Shown here piece by piece: positions 9,674-18,738 of a DNA stretch of 64,000 bases. The notes beneath the pieces were generated by a model, which worked only from the letters and a program-made list of their open reading frames with translations, was not told the DNA's origin and searched no databases. Made by a program: the position numbers and the translations under genes. The DNA lies in NCBI GenBank assembly GCA_963767925.1, contig CAVYGB010000009.1:64001-128000 (forward strand), read 5' to 3'. The stretch's first letter is position 1. Every line of letters begins with the position of its first letter. The DNA comes from an uncultured delta proteobacterium. GTDB lineage: Bacteria > Myxococcota_A > Polyangia > Fen-1088.

Positions 9674-10801
9674 ATGACTCGCCTCGTACGCGCCGGGCTC
9701 TCGATCGCCACCGTGTTGCACCTCAGCGGCTGGGCTCCCATCGTCCTGGCGCAGCCTCCGGGCGCGGTCCAGCCGGCTGTCCCCACCCAGCCCGCGCCGA
9801 CCGCCCCCTCCGGCGCCCCCGAGCAACCACTCGCCGAACCGGCCCGGGCGCCCGCCCAGATCGCCGTGCGCTCGAACGTCCCGGCCGCCGAGGTCCTGAT
9901 CGACGGCGTCCTGGTCGGCCGCACCCCGCTGGCGAACGCGCTGGCCCTCCCGCCGGGCGATCACGTGCTCGAGCTGCGGCGGCGCGGCTACCGGGACGTG
10001 CGCCGGCCGCTCACCCTGGCCGAGGGCGGCCGCTCCGTCCTCACCGTCGAGCTGTTCGAGGATCCCACCACCCCCGCCTCCGAGATGGGCACCCTGGCGG
10101 TCTCGGTCAGCGAGGACAGCGCCGTGTTGCTCGTCGACGGCCAGGCCAAGACCATCCACCGCGACTCCGGCCTGGCCTTCACCGCCACCCGCATCCCGGG
10201 CCTGCCGATGGGCCCCCACGTCTTGCGGGTCGAGCGGGCGGGGTTCCTGCCGGCCGAGCACCTCGTTGTGGTGCCGGGCGGGCAGACCACGACGGTGCGG
10301 GTGACCCTGCAGCCGACGCAGGACACCCACTACTACTACGTGCAGCGGGCCAACACCGCCCGGGCCTGGGCGGTGGCCGCGGTCAGCGCGGGCTTCGCCG
10401 TCGCCCTGGCCGGCGGGACGCTGGCGCTCACCCGCCACCTCAGCCTCGACGAAGCCCGCCGCTACCTGGCCGGGGAGCAGCGCGAGCAGGACGTCCCGAT
10501 GAACGGCGGCGAGTGCGACCGCTCGCTGGGGCTCAGCGAGGAGATGGCCCTCATCTGCGACGACCGGCTGCAGGCGGCCCACGACGGCGTCCGGGTCCGC
10601 GAGCGGCTCCGGCTAGCGGGGTTCGTCGGCGTCGGCGTGGGCCTGCTGGCCATGGGCACCGGCGTGTTCTTCCTGGCCAACGGCGACGACCCGCGCAAGT
10701 ACGACGGGCTGACCACCGCCCCCAGCCCGCGCCGCTTCTGGGCCAGCGGCTGGGCCTCCCCCACCGGCGGCGGCGGCCTCCTCCTGGGCGGCCGCTTCTA
10801 A
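9674..10801 (+). CDS. PEGA-domain membrane/envelope protein
   Basis: Two PEGA repeats (SNVPAAEVLIDG..VGRTPL..LPPGDH.LELRRRGY; A.LLVDG...GPH.LRVERAGF), hydrophobic helices, C-terminal LLLGGRF. Confidence 0.85.
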   Translation: MTRLVRAGLSIATVLHLSGWAPIVLAQPPGAVQPAVPTQPAPTAPSGAPEQPLAEPARAPAQIAVRSNVPAAEVLIDGVLVGRTPLANALALPPGDHVLELRRRGYRDVRRPLTLAEGGRSVLTVELFEDPTTPASEMGTLAVSVSEDSAVLLVDGQAKTIHRDSGLAFTATRIPGLPMGPHVLRVERAGFLPAEHLVVVPGGQTTTVRVTLQPTQDTHYYYVQRANTARAWAVAAVSAGFAVALAGGTLALTRHLSLDEARRYLAGEQREQDVPMNGGECDRSLGLSEEMALICDDRLQAAHDGVRVRERLRLAGFVGVGVGLLAMGTGVFFLANGDDPRKYDGLTTAPSPRRFWASGWASPTGGGGLLLGGRF

Positions 10802-10860
10802 CCCGGGACTGTTCCGCCGCGGACCGCCGCGGCCCCCGACAGTTCATCTGGCCCGATCGT

Positions 10861-10900
10861 TCCCGCTTCCGCTCCCGCTTTCCGCTTCCCGCTCCCGCGC
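10861..10900. repeat. Short (T/C)CCGCT hexamer tandem repeat
   Basis: tcccgcttccgctcccgctttccgcttcccgctcccgc. Confidence 0.55.
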
Positions 10901-11020
10901 TCCGACCCCACACCCTCGCCCGACAAGACCCTCGTCCGCGCGCGGTTCTCCGCGCTCGGGGCCCGCCCGGATTTTTGACGTGGACTTAGGTAATTCTTAT
11001 TACTACACCTAACTACATAC

Positions 11021-11329
11021 ATGTCGTTCCCAGCGATGTCGCAGGCGCGCCGCGTGCTCTCTACCCTGGTGCTCCTGCTGCTGACGGCATGCGCAGAAGG
11101 GGAGGGCCCTGCGATGACAACGCCGGACGCGGGCACGGCGGCGGTGCAGAACAAGTGCGGCGGCCTGTGCACCGAGGTGGAGCTGTGCGTGGCCGACAAC
11201 GAGGGCCGCTTCGGCTGCGCCCGCATCTGCGCCAACCAGCTCCGCTGCTGGAGCGGCTGCTGCCTCGCGCTCGAGGACGACTCCGGCTACAACGTCTGCC
11301 GCCCCACCAACTACTGCTACGCGCCCTGA
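11021..11329 (+). CDS. Small Cys-rich lipoprotein
   Basis: Lipobox LLTAC; ten further Cys in the C-terminal ~60 aa; alternative start at 11036. Confidence 0.75.
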   Translation: MSFPAMSQARRVLSTLVLLLLTACAEGEGPAMTTPDAGTAAVQNKCGGLCTEVELCVADNEGRFGCARICANQLRCWSGCCLALEDDSGYNVCRPTNYCYAP

Positions 11330-11463
11330 GCGGCCCTCGGCTCGAGCCGCTGGCGCTCCGGCGCGGGCGCCCGCCACTGCGGGCGCCAGGCGGGCGGCGC
11401 CCGAGGGGGCGACGGTATCTACCTCGCGACGTGGTCTGGGAACGCTAGCCCGACCCCGGTCTT

Positions 11464-11483
11464 CACCTCTCCCCGCGGCCTGC
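11464..11483. repeat. Partial REP-like unit
   Basis: CACCTCTCCCCGCGGCCTGC matches 20454-20473 at 19 of 20 positions. Confidence 0.55.
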
Positions 11484-11497
11484 AGCCGCTCGCTCGT

Positions 11498-11522
11498 AAA
11501 AAACGAACGTTCGTGCTAATTT
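11498..11522 (+). promoter_or_regulatory. TetR operator (ACGAACGTTCGT) overlapping an extended -10 element
   Basis: Perfect 12-bp palindrome at 11503-11514; TGnTAATTT at 11514-11522, 6 nt before GTG 11529. Confidence 0.7.
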
Positions 11523-11528
11523 GATCGG

Positions 11529-12251
11529 GTGTCCAAGGGTGAGGAGACGCGCAGCCGCATCGTGGAGCGGGCGTTCCGGCTGGCCAGCCGGGAGGGGCTG
11601 CAGGGGCTGAGCATCGGCAGCCTGGCGGCCGAGCTGGGGCTGTCCAAGAGCGGGCTGTTCGCCCACTTCGGGTCCAAGGAGGATCTCCAGATCGAGGTTC
11701 TGCGGGCGGCGGCGGTCCACTTCGAGGACCGGGTGCTGCGGCCGTCGTTCCGCGCGCCGCGGGGAGAGCCGCGCATCCGGCAGATCTTCGACCACTGGCT
11801 GGCCTGGTGCAGCGACCCGGCCCTGCCCGGCGGCTGCGTCTTCATGGCCGCCGCCACCGAGCTCGACGACAAGCAGGGGCGCCCCCGCGACTACCTGGTG
11901 GCCACGCAGAAGCAGCTCATGGCCACGCTGGCCAAGGCGGCGCGCCTGGCGGTCGAGGCGGGGCATTTCCGGGCCGACCTCGACCGCGAGCAGTTCGCCT
12001 TCGAGCTGCACGCCCTGCTGATGGGTTGCAGCCACTGGAAACGGCTGCTCGGCGACCCCCGCGCCGAGCGTCGGGCCCGCGCCGCGTTCGACCGCCTGCT
12101 GGCCTGGGGACGCGCCCCCTCTGATCCCGCCAACCCCCGCTACCGACCTACCAAGACGATCCCGACGATCCCGCCAACTCCCGACGATCCCGCCACCGAC
12201 CCGCCAAGACGCCGCCCCCCCGCACAGCGCCGCCCCGGACCCCGACCATGA
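11529..12251 (+). CDS. TetR/AcrR family transcriptional regulator
   Basis: GLQGLSIGSLAAELGLSKSGLFAHFGSKEDL HTH; PGGCVF motif; Pro-rich C-terminal tail. Confidence 0.95.
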   Translation: MSKGEETRSRIVERAFRLASREGLQGLSIGSLAAELGLSKSGLFAHFGSKEDLQIEVLRAAAVHFEDRVLRPSFRAPRGEPRIRQIFDHWLAWCSDPALPGGCVFMAAATELDDKQGRPRDYLVATQKQLMATLAKAARLAVEAGHFRADLDREQFAFELHALLMGCSHWKRLLGDPRAERRARAAFDRLLAWGRAPSDPANPRYRPTKTIPTIPPTPDDPATDPPRRRPPAQRRPGPRP

Positions 12252-13153
12252 CCCCGAGGAAGACCATGACCGACCGGCCGAGCCGTCCCCGCAAAATTAG
12301 AACGAACGTTCGTTTTTATCTGCTCCGCCAGGCCCTCCGCCTCCTCGCCCGGGTGGCGCCCGCCGCGGCCGAGAGCTGGGCCCTCCGGCTCTGGTCGACC
12401 CCGCGACGGCCCGCCCCGCCGCGCCCGCCGCAGGTGCCCGAGCTGCCCGCTCGCCCGCTGGAGGTGGCGCTCGACGGGGCGCCGCTGGCCGCCTGGAGCT
12501 GGGGGCAGGGACCGGCGGTGCTGCTGGTGCACGGCTGGAGCGGCTACGCCGGGCAGATGACCGGCTTCGTCGCTCCGCTCGTCGCGGCCGGCTTCCGGGT
12601 GATCGCCTTCGACCACCCGGCCCACGGCCAGTCCCCCGGCCGCACCAGCAACAGCCTGCGCATGCGCGACGCGGTCCTCGCCGTCGCCCGCGCCGCCGGC
12701 CCCGTGCACGCGCTGATCGCCCACTCGCTGGGAGCCGCCGCCGCGGTGATGGCGGTGGTCCAGGGGCTGCGGGTCGAGCGAGCCGTGCTCGTCGCGCCCC
12801 CCGCCGAGGCGCCCTCCTTCGCCCGCGCCTTCGCCGCCGCCATCGGCCTGTCCCCCGCCCGCACCGAGGGGATGCTCGCCCGCGCGCAGCGGCGGCTGGG
12901 CATCGACTTCTCGGCCCTCGACCTGCGCCTCATCGGGCCACAGATGCGCCTGCCCCTGCTGGTGGTACACGACCCCGGCGACCGCGAGGTCCCCTTCAGC
13001 CACGGTCAGGCCGTCGCCGCCGCCTGGCCCGGCGCCCGCCTGCACACCACCGAGGGCCTCGGCCACAACCGCCCCCTGCGCGCCGCCGCCGTGATCGAGG
13101 AGGCGGTCGCCTTCGTCGGCCCGCCCGCCCGCCTCGCCGCCACCGGGTCGTGA
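12248..13153 (+). CDS. Alpha/beta fold hydrolase
   Basis: LLVHGW, AFDHPAHG, AHSLG nucleophile elbow, HDPGDREVP, GLGH; ATGA overlap with tetR. Confidence 0.92.
   Translation: MTPRKTMTDRPSRPRKIRTNVRFYLLRQALRLLARVAPAAAESWALRLWSTPRRPAPPRPPQVPELPARPLEVALDGAPLAAWSWGQGPAVLLVHGWSGYAGQMTGFVAPLVAAGFRVIAFDHPAHGQSPGRTSNSLRMRDAVLAVARAAGPVHALIAHSLGAAAAVMAVVQGLRVERAVLVAPPAEAPSFARAFAAAIGLSPARTEGMLARAQRRLGIDFSALDLRLIGPQMRLPLLVVHDPGDREVPFSHGQAVAAAWPGARLHTTEGLGHNRPLRAAAVIEEAVAFVGPPARLAATGS
12294..12317. promoter_or_regulatory. Second TetR operator inside the hydrolase coding sequence
   Basis: AACGAACGTTCGTT perfect 14-bp palindrome at 12301-12314; flanks are an inverted match to the 11498-11523 site. Confidence 0.7.
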
Positions 13154-13334
13154 GTGCGGGCAAAACGACACCGTTCAGGAAACCCCACCGCCAGCGGGAA
13201 CGTATTCAGGGGCGAAGGTTCCGGCCGTGAAGCGTCACGCGGGTCAAGGTCGGGTCAAAAACAAGCTCTATCTCTCGACGGGTCGGGCCGGGGGGCGTTA
13301 GCATGCCCTCTTCTCATTGGCGGAGGACTCGACC

Positions 13335-14525
13335 ATGAGCGAGCGCGACATGAATCGTAGGCAGATGTTGTCCCGGGCGGGTGTGGCGGGCGGCGGGCTG
13401 GTTCTGGCGTCCACGCTCGGGGTCGGCCCCCGCGCTCTGGCCGCCGCTCCCGTGCAGGTGCCCCGGCGCGTGCTGGGCAAGACCGGCGAGAAGATCCCCA
13501 TCCTCGTGATGGGCGGGTCCATGCCGATGGACGCCCGCTTCGACCCCAAGCTGGCCGAGGTGTTCAAGTACGGGGTCAACTACTACGACACCGCCCACTC
13601 GTACACCGGGGGCAACAGCGAGCGCGCGCTGGGCGCGTTCCAGGCCCGGGCCGGCGTGCGCAAGAAGATCTGGATCACGACAAAGACGTCCAAGCACGAC
13701 GCCAAGGGGGCGGAGGAGTCGCTGGGCGTGAGCTTCGAGCGGCTGCAGACCGACCACGTCGAGATGTTCTTCCTGCACGGGGTGCGCGAGACCGCCGTGA
13801 TCAACGACGAGCTGAAGGCCACGATCGAGCGGCTCAAGAAGGAGAAGAAGATCCGCTTTTTCGGCTTCTCCTGCCATCAAGGCAACGTGGCCGAGCTGCT
13901 CGAGCTGGCGGCCAAGACGCCCTGGATCGACACGGTCATGTTCCGCTACAACTTCCAGCAATACGGCAACACCGAGCTGAACCGGGCCATCGACGCCGCT
14001 CACAAGGCCAAGGTCGGCCTCATCGCCATGAAGACCCAGGCCTCGGCGGTGTCGTTCGAGGAACGCAGCAAGAAGTTCGAGCAGACCGGCAAGTGGAACA
14101 AGTTCCAGTCGGTGCTCAAGGCGGTCTGGGCCGACGAGCGCCTCACCGCGGCCGTGTCGGAGATGGACAACCTCGAGAAGGTCCACGAAAACGTGGGCGC
14201 CGCCGTCGACCGCACCAAGCTGACCTCGGCCGAGTGGGAGTCGCTGCACAAATACGCCGCCGCCACCCGCGGGTCGACCTGCGACGGCTGCGATCACCTG
14301 TGCAGCGGCGCCATCGGGGGGCCGGTCGAGATCGCCGCCACCCTGCGCTTTCTCATGTACCACGACAGCTACGGCAAGCAGGACCGGGCGCGCGAGCTGT
14401 TCCGGGAGCTGCCCGAGGAGGCCCGCTCCTTCTCGCACCTCGACTTCTCGGCGGCCCGGGCGGCTTGCCCGCACCACCTCGACCTCGACCGCCTCATGCG
14501 GCGGGCGGCGGACGTGCTGGCGTAA
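13335..14525 (+). CDS. Aldo/keto reductase with Tat signal and C-terminal Cys cluster (Fe-S-like)
   Basis: NRRQML Tat motif; RVLGKTG, YYDTAHSY, GFSCH, IAMKT; CDGCDHLC...CP; RBS GGAGGA. Confidence 0.9.
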   Translation: MSERDMNRRQMLSRAGVAGGGLVLASTLGVGPRALAAAPVQVPRRVLGKTGEKIPILVMGGSMPMDARFDPKLAEVFKYGVNYYDTAHSYTGGNSERALGAFQARAGVRKKIWITTKTSKHDAKGAEESLGVSFERLQTDHVEMFFLHGVRETAVINDELKATIERLKKEKKIRFFGFSCHQGNVAELLELAAKTPWIDTVMFRYNFQQYGNTELNRAIDAAHKAKVGLIAMKTQASAVSFEERSKKFEQTGKWNKFQSVLKAVWADERLTAAVSEMDNLEKVHENVGAAVDRTKLTSAEWESLHKYAAATRGSTCDGCDHLCSGAIGGPVEIAATLRFLMYHDSYGKQDRARELFRELPEEARSFSHLDFSAARAACPHHLDLDRLMRRAADVLA

Positions 14526-15459
14526 CAGCACCCGGCGCAACCGCGGGGGTCGCGCCCGGCCGGATCAGCAGGCTGACCGCGACCCCCAGCAGGGTGACGG
14601 CGGCGCCCAGGTACGTCCCGGGCGCCAGCCGGATCTCCTGCTCCCAGACGGCGTCGATCAGCAGCGCCAGCACCGGCTCGATGAACACCAGGGTCGAGGC
14701 GGCCATCAGGGTCAGGCGCTTGAGCAGGTAGAAGTAGACCGCAAACACGACCACCGAGCCGAGCAGCGCGAGGTAGAGGAGGGCCAGGGTGGGGCGCAGG
14801 GGCGGCGGCCAGGGAGGCAGCTGCCGCTCGTGGACCAGCGCGAACAGGGCCAGGGCCAGGCCGGCCGCGCCCAGGAACAGCATGTTGGTGGCGAGCGGAT
14901 CGGTGTCGCGGGTGTGGCGCTTGAGCCAGAGGGTGTAGATCGCGCTGACGACGACGGCGGCGAACATCAGCCCCACCCCGACCGCCTGGTCGCCCGAGGT
15001 CGCCATGCGGTCCCGGTAGACCAGGTAGATCCCAACGAGGCTGATGGCCGAGCCGATCACGGCCGGGAGCGAGGGGCGTTCGGTGCGGGTCACGGTCGTC
15101 ACGACGGCGGTCATCAGGGGGAAGGTGCTGAAGATGACCGCGGCCAGGCCGCCCGAGATGCGCGTCTCGGCGGCGTAGACCAGGCCGTAGCCGAGCCCGC
15201 AGGCCAGCCCGGCGGCGACGACCCAGGCGCGCTGGGGCCACGAGCGCGGCCCCCGGCCGGCCAGGCCGAGGCCGACGAGGGCGGCGAGCACCAGGGTGGC
15301 GATCCCGAACCGGAGGGCGGCGGCGGCGAAGGTGGGGTAACCACCCGGGCCGATGCAGACCCGGATGACGAACCAGGTGGTGCTCCAGATGAAGGCGCAG
15401 GCGAGATAGGCGGCGGCGGTCAAGCGCGCAAGCTTGACCCACGAAGGCCGGTCGCACAC
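14494..15459 (-). CDS. EamA/DMT family transporter
   Basis: IWSTTW, AALRF, ISGGLAAVI, YLALLGSVVVF, EPVLA; about 10 TM helices. Confidence 0.9.
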   Translation of the reverse strand: MCDRPSWVKLARLTAAAYLACAFIWSTTWFVIRVCIGPGGYPTFAAAALRFGIATLVLAALVGLGLAGRGPRSWPQRAWVVAAGLACGLGYGLVYAAETRISGGLAAVIFSTFPLMTAVVTTVTRTERPSLPAVIGSAISLVGIYLVYRDRMATSGDQAVGVGLMFAAVVVSAIYTLWLKRHTRDTDPLATNMLFLGAAGLALALFALVHERQLPPWPPPLRPTLALLYLALLGSVVVFAVYFYLLKRLTLMAASTLVFIEPVLALLIDAVWEQEIRLAPGTYLGAAVTLLGVAVSLLIRPGATPAVAPGAVTPARPPPAA

Positions 15460-15499
15460 CCCCGGTCTTGCAGCCGGGCGAGCCCCTCGGGGGCTCCTT

Positions 15500-16081
15500 C
15501 TAGTATCCGATCCGCAGGCCGGCTCCGAAGCTGCCTGCAGCCACCTGGAAGGTCGGGATGACCGTGACCCGTGGCCCGGCCGGCGTGTCGGGGGTGGCGC
15601 GGGGCCGGCGCTCGATGGCCAGCACCTGGTCGGCGATGATCGAGGTCAGCGCGCCGAGCAGGAACCCCTGCATGCCGTATTCGAAGCCACAGCCGAAGAA
15701 GCCGCAGCCGGCCCGGGACTCGCCCAGGGCGCTGCCGGCCAACGCGCCGGCCAGCGGTACGAGGACCCGCATCGAGACGCTGATCGCGCTGCGGCCGAGG
15801 TGCCCGTTCAGCCGGTGGACGAGGGCAGGCCCCCCCACCCAGGTGCCCGCCGACACCGCCAGCAGGGCCAGGTTGTCCTCGCCCTTGAGGGCGAACATCG
15901 CCAGCCCGAACGAGAGGGCGTCGGATAGCAAGATGGGACCGCCATACCAGTCGAGCTCGTCGCCCGTCCCCTCGGCCTCCGGATTCGCCGGGACCATGCC
16001 GTCGGCGCGGGGCTTGAAGGGCGCGGCCAGCGCGGACGGCGCGGTCAGCAGGAGCAGGGTCAGACAGAGGGTCGATCGCAT
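15500..16081 (-). CDS. Hypothetical exported/membrane protein
   Basis: Signal MRSTLCLTLLLL..ALA; WYG.PILLSD, P.LVH..NG pattern seen in myxobacterial hypotheticals; C-terminal beta-like GAGLRIGY. Confidence 0.7.
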   Translation of the reverse strand: MRSTLCLTLLLLTAPSALAAPFKPRADGMVPANPEAEGTGDELDWYGGPILLSDALSFGLAMFALKGEDNLALLAVSAGTWVGGPALVHRLNGHLGRSAISVSMRVLVPLAGALAGSALGESRAGCGFFGCGFEYGMQGFLLGALTSIIADQVLAIERRPRATPDTPAGPRVTVIPTFQVAAGSFGAGLRIGY

Positions 16082-16116
16082 GACGCGGATCCTTTGCAGC
16101 GCGGAGGCCACGGCCT

Positions 16117-16905
16117 TCAGGGCCGCCGGCGGTTGACGAAGGAGACGACCGCGCTGGCGCCGTTGGTGCGTTCCCAGGAGAGGCGCCCGTTGCACGACCG
16201 GGCGCCCTCGCAGCGGGCGGCCGGGACCTCGATGTTGGCGTCGGAGAGCGCGAGGCGGCCCTCCCCCTCGGGCGGGGCGAAGGCCGATTCGGGGACGGTG
16301 AAGCCGATCCGGCTCCCGCTCACGATTCCGCCGGCGTAAAAGCCGTTGCCGATGCCGCCCGAGAGGGTGACCGGACCGAGGCGCTCCCCGGTGCGGGCGT
16401 TCTTCAGGGTGTCGGTGTCGGGCTGCCAGCGCAGCTCGACCTCGTCGCCGACGTGCAGAGGGCCGGCTGGCGACACGACCTCAAGGCGCCGCGCCTCGAA
16501 CAGGTGGGGGAGCTCGGCCTCGATGGCGTGGCTGTCGTCCCGGACCCGGATCACGACGGGGCCGCTCTCCAGCCCGCTCAGGCGGCCCGAGAGCCGCAGC
16601 GGCAGGCAGGTGTCGCCCTGGGCGTCGATGCCGCCGCGTTCGGTGACGTTGAGCGGCTGGTCATTGGCGGTCCCGCGCAGGCTCGAGCCGATCTCCGCAC
16701 AGCGGTTGCCGCCGAAGTGGATCTCGACCTGGAAGGCGTTCGCGTCGCGCCGGGCGAGGCTCTCCTCGAACAGCACCAGCTCGGGCGCGGGCAGGCTGCC
16801 GAGATCCGAGAGGGGCCCACAGGCGCAGGCGAGCGCGGCGGCCAGCACCGTCAGGGGCGGGTACGGGAGACCGCCGAGACTCTCGGGGGACGTTCGCGAT
16901 GCCAT
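16117..16905 (-). CDS. Hypothetical lipoprotein
   Basis: LAAALACAC lipobox; beta-rich body with paired Cys; coding-like codon usage. Confidence 0.65.
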   Translation of the reverse strand: MASRTSPESLGGLPYPPLTVLAAALACACGPLSDLGSLPAPELVLFEESLARRDANAFQVEIHFGGNRCAEIGSSLRGTANDQPLNVTERGGIDAQGDTCLPLRLSGRLSGLESGPVVIRVRDDSHAIEAELPHLFEARRLEVVSPAGPLHVGDEVELRWQPDTDTLKNARTGERLGPVTLSGGIGNGFYAGGIVSGSRIGFTVPESAFAPPEGEGRLALSDANIEVPAARCEGARSCNGRLSWERTNGASAVVSFVNRRRP

Positions 16906-17068
16906 GCCCACCTCGGGCTGCAACATCGATACCGCCGCCGGCGGCGGCGGCGGTGCCGGCGGCGGCCGCGGGCCTGGGTCAGCGGCGGGACAGCGCGGGG
17001 GCGATTGCACCGGTCACAGGACCGGCGCTGCGACAGCGCTGGCCCTGTGACCCGGTCCGGCCCGAGGC

Positions 17069-17971
17069 TCAGAAGCCGGCGATGCCGGCGAAGTCGAACT
17101 TGTCGACCAGGGCGGCCGACTCGGGCTGGGCGGCGAGGCCGCCGTTGAACTGCTGGAAGAACTGGAACAGCAGGGGTCGCAGGTTCGCGTCGACGACAAG
17201 CTCGCCCCGGTAGTCGTTCTTCAGGTTGTTGCCGATGTCCTCGACGACGAGGTGGACGGCCTTGCCGTCGCCGCGGGGGGTGACGAAGGCGGCCAGGGGG
17301 GCGTTGCTGTCGAAGCCGGGGGCCACGATGATCCCCTCGAAGGCGCCGGTGTCGTGGTTGCGCGTGAACTGCAGCTTCTTCACGCCGCCGAGGAAGGCCA
17401 CGCCGTACTGGATCCCCTTGTCGAAGGTCTGGCGCGACTCGAAGCCGAGCGCGGTCCGCCGCTCGACGGTGCGCCCCTGGGCGTCCACGTCGAAGGTCAC
17501 CTGGCTGATGTCGATGAAGCGCTGCAGGTCGTCGACCGCGTTCTTGGCCACGGCGTTGACGAGGGTGAAGATGGCGCCCGAGTTGCCGGGGCCGCCGGCG
17601 GCCGCCACGTCGAGCTGGAAGAAGCGCAGGTCGAGCAGCGGCGGGAAGACCACCGCCCCCTGGTTGCCGCCACCGCCGCCCTGGCCCTGGCCCTGGCCGG
17701 CGTCGACCGCGACGGCGTCGCCGGCGTCGACCTGCTGGCCGCCACCTTGCCCGCCGCCCTGGTTGACGTCTTCGCAGGGGTCGACCGTCGACAGGGCCGG
17801 GATGATGACCGGTGGGGGATCGGTCGCCGCGCCGGTCGGGTTGCGGGCCGGGCGCCCCACCTTGCCTTCGATGCAGGCGGGGGCGCCGACCGCGGCGAGA
17901 AGGAGCAGGGCGGCAGAGACACGAGGGAACGCACGACGGCAGGAAAGGGCAGAGACCTTGTTCACGGGCAC
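17069..17971 (-). CDS. Hypothetical lipoprotein with Gly/Gln linker
   Basis: RBS GGAGG before GTG; LLLLAAVGAPAC lipobox; strong GC3 bias. Confidence 0.75.
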   Translation of the reverse strand: MPVNKVSALSCRRAFPRVSAALLLLAAVGAPACIEGKVGRPARNPTGAATDPPPVIIPALSTVDPCEDVNQGGGQGGGQQVDAGDAVAVDAGQGQGQGGGGGNQGAVVFPPLLDLRFFQLDVAAAGGPGNSGAIFTLVNAVAKNAVDDLQRFIDISQVTFDVDAQGRTVERRTALGFESRQTFDKGIQYGVAFLGGVKKLQFTRNHDTGAFEGIIVAPGFDSNAPLAAFVTPRGDGKAVHLVVEDIGNNLKNDYRGELVVDANLRPLLFQFFQQFNGGLAAQPESAALVDKFDFAGIAGF

Positions 17972-18086
17972 ACCTCCGGCTAGTCGGGCCCGAGCGAAGC
18001 GAGGGAACCCGATTACTTTTGAAAACAGTCCTGGGGGCGACCACGCGTCGCTCGCGCCGCCATCGCCCTACATGACATTGGTGTCT

Positions 18087-18099
18087 GAAACCGGTTTTC
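18087..18099. promoter_or_regulatory. LacI-like palindrome candidate
   Basis: AAACCGGTTT at 18088-18097 in a divergent intergenic region. Confidence 0.3.
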
Positions 18100-18189
18100 T
18101 CACCCTGCCGTGCGAAATCGGCGGCTGAGGGTTCCCCTCGGCGCAGGGCGCTCATCTATCGATGGCGGGCGACCGATGCTGAGATCAGG

Positions 18190-18684
18190 ATGAGCGTCGA
18201 GCTGAAGGTCCCCAAGCGGCAGGTGCGGGTCGAGGTCCTGGTGGCCGGCGTGCCCCCCGTGCAGGTGCACCTCTTCCAGGCCGAACACGCGCTGAGCCAC
18301 AGCGGGTTCGAACGGCCGAGCGACCTGCTCAACGGGGGCCTCGCCTTCCTCCCGGCGATGGGGCTGGACGGGGTGCCCCAGGTCCTGCGGCGCGACTCGG
18401 TCTTGCGGATGACCGTGGCGCGCGCGGGCGAGATCGCCGCCGACGAGCCCGCCGACGACGGCGAGGAGTCATCCGACGTGGTGAGGCTGGACCTCGAGAT
18501 TGCCTTCGACTCGGGCGACACCGCCCGCGGCCGGCTCGTGTTCGTGCAGCCGGCCAGCCGCCGCCGGCTTGTCGACTACCTGAACGACTGCCCGCAGTTC
18601 TTCTGCCTGCGCGACGGCGAGCGGGTGCACGTGGTCAACAAGACCCGCATCGCCCGGATCTCGCTGCGGGCCGACCCGGCCTGA
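18190..18684 (+). CDS. Hypothetical cytoplasmic protein with a duplicated motif (R.SD.LN...F / RL.DYLN...FF)
   Basis: Internal repeat ERPSDLLNGGLAFLP / RRLVDYLNDCPQFFCL. Confidence 0.75.
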   Translation: MSVELKVPKRQVRVEVLVAGVPPVQVHLFQAEHALSHSGFERPSDLLNGGLAFLPAMGLDGVPQVLRRDSVLRMTVARAGEIAADEPADDGEESSDVVRLDLEIAFDSGDTARGRLVFVQPASRRRLVDYLNDCPQFFCLRDGERVHVVNKTRIARISLRADPA

Positions 18685-18738
18685 GCCGGGGGCCGACCCG
18701 GGCCGAGCGGGGTGGTCGTCGGCGGCTCTGGCTGATCG

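Noticed and set aside
9311..10582. N-terminal extension of the 1316-aa pelA ORF
   Set aside because: It is antisense to the PEGA gene; the real signal peptide starts at 9310.
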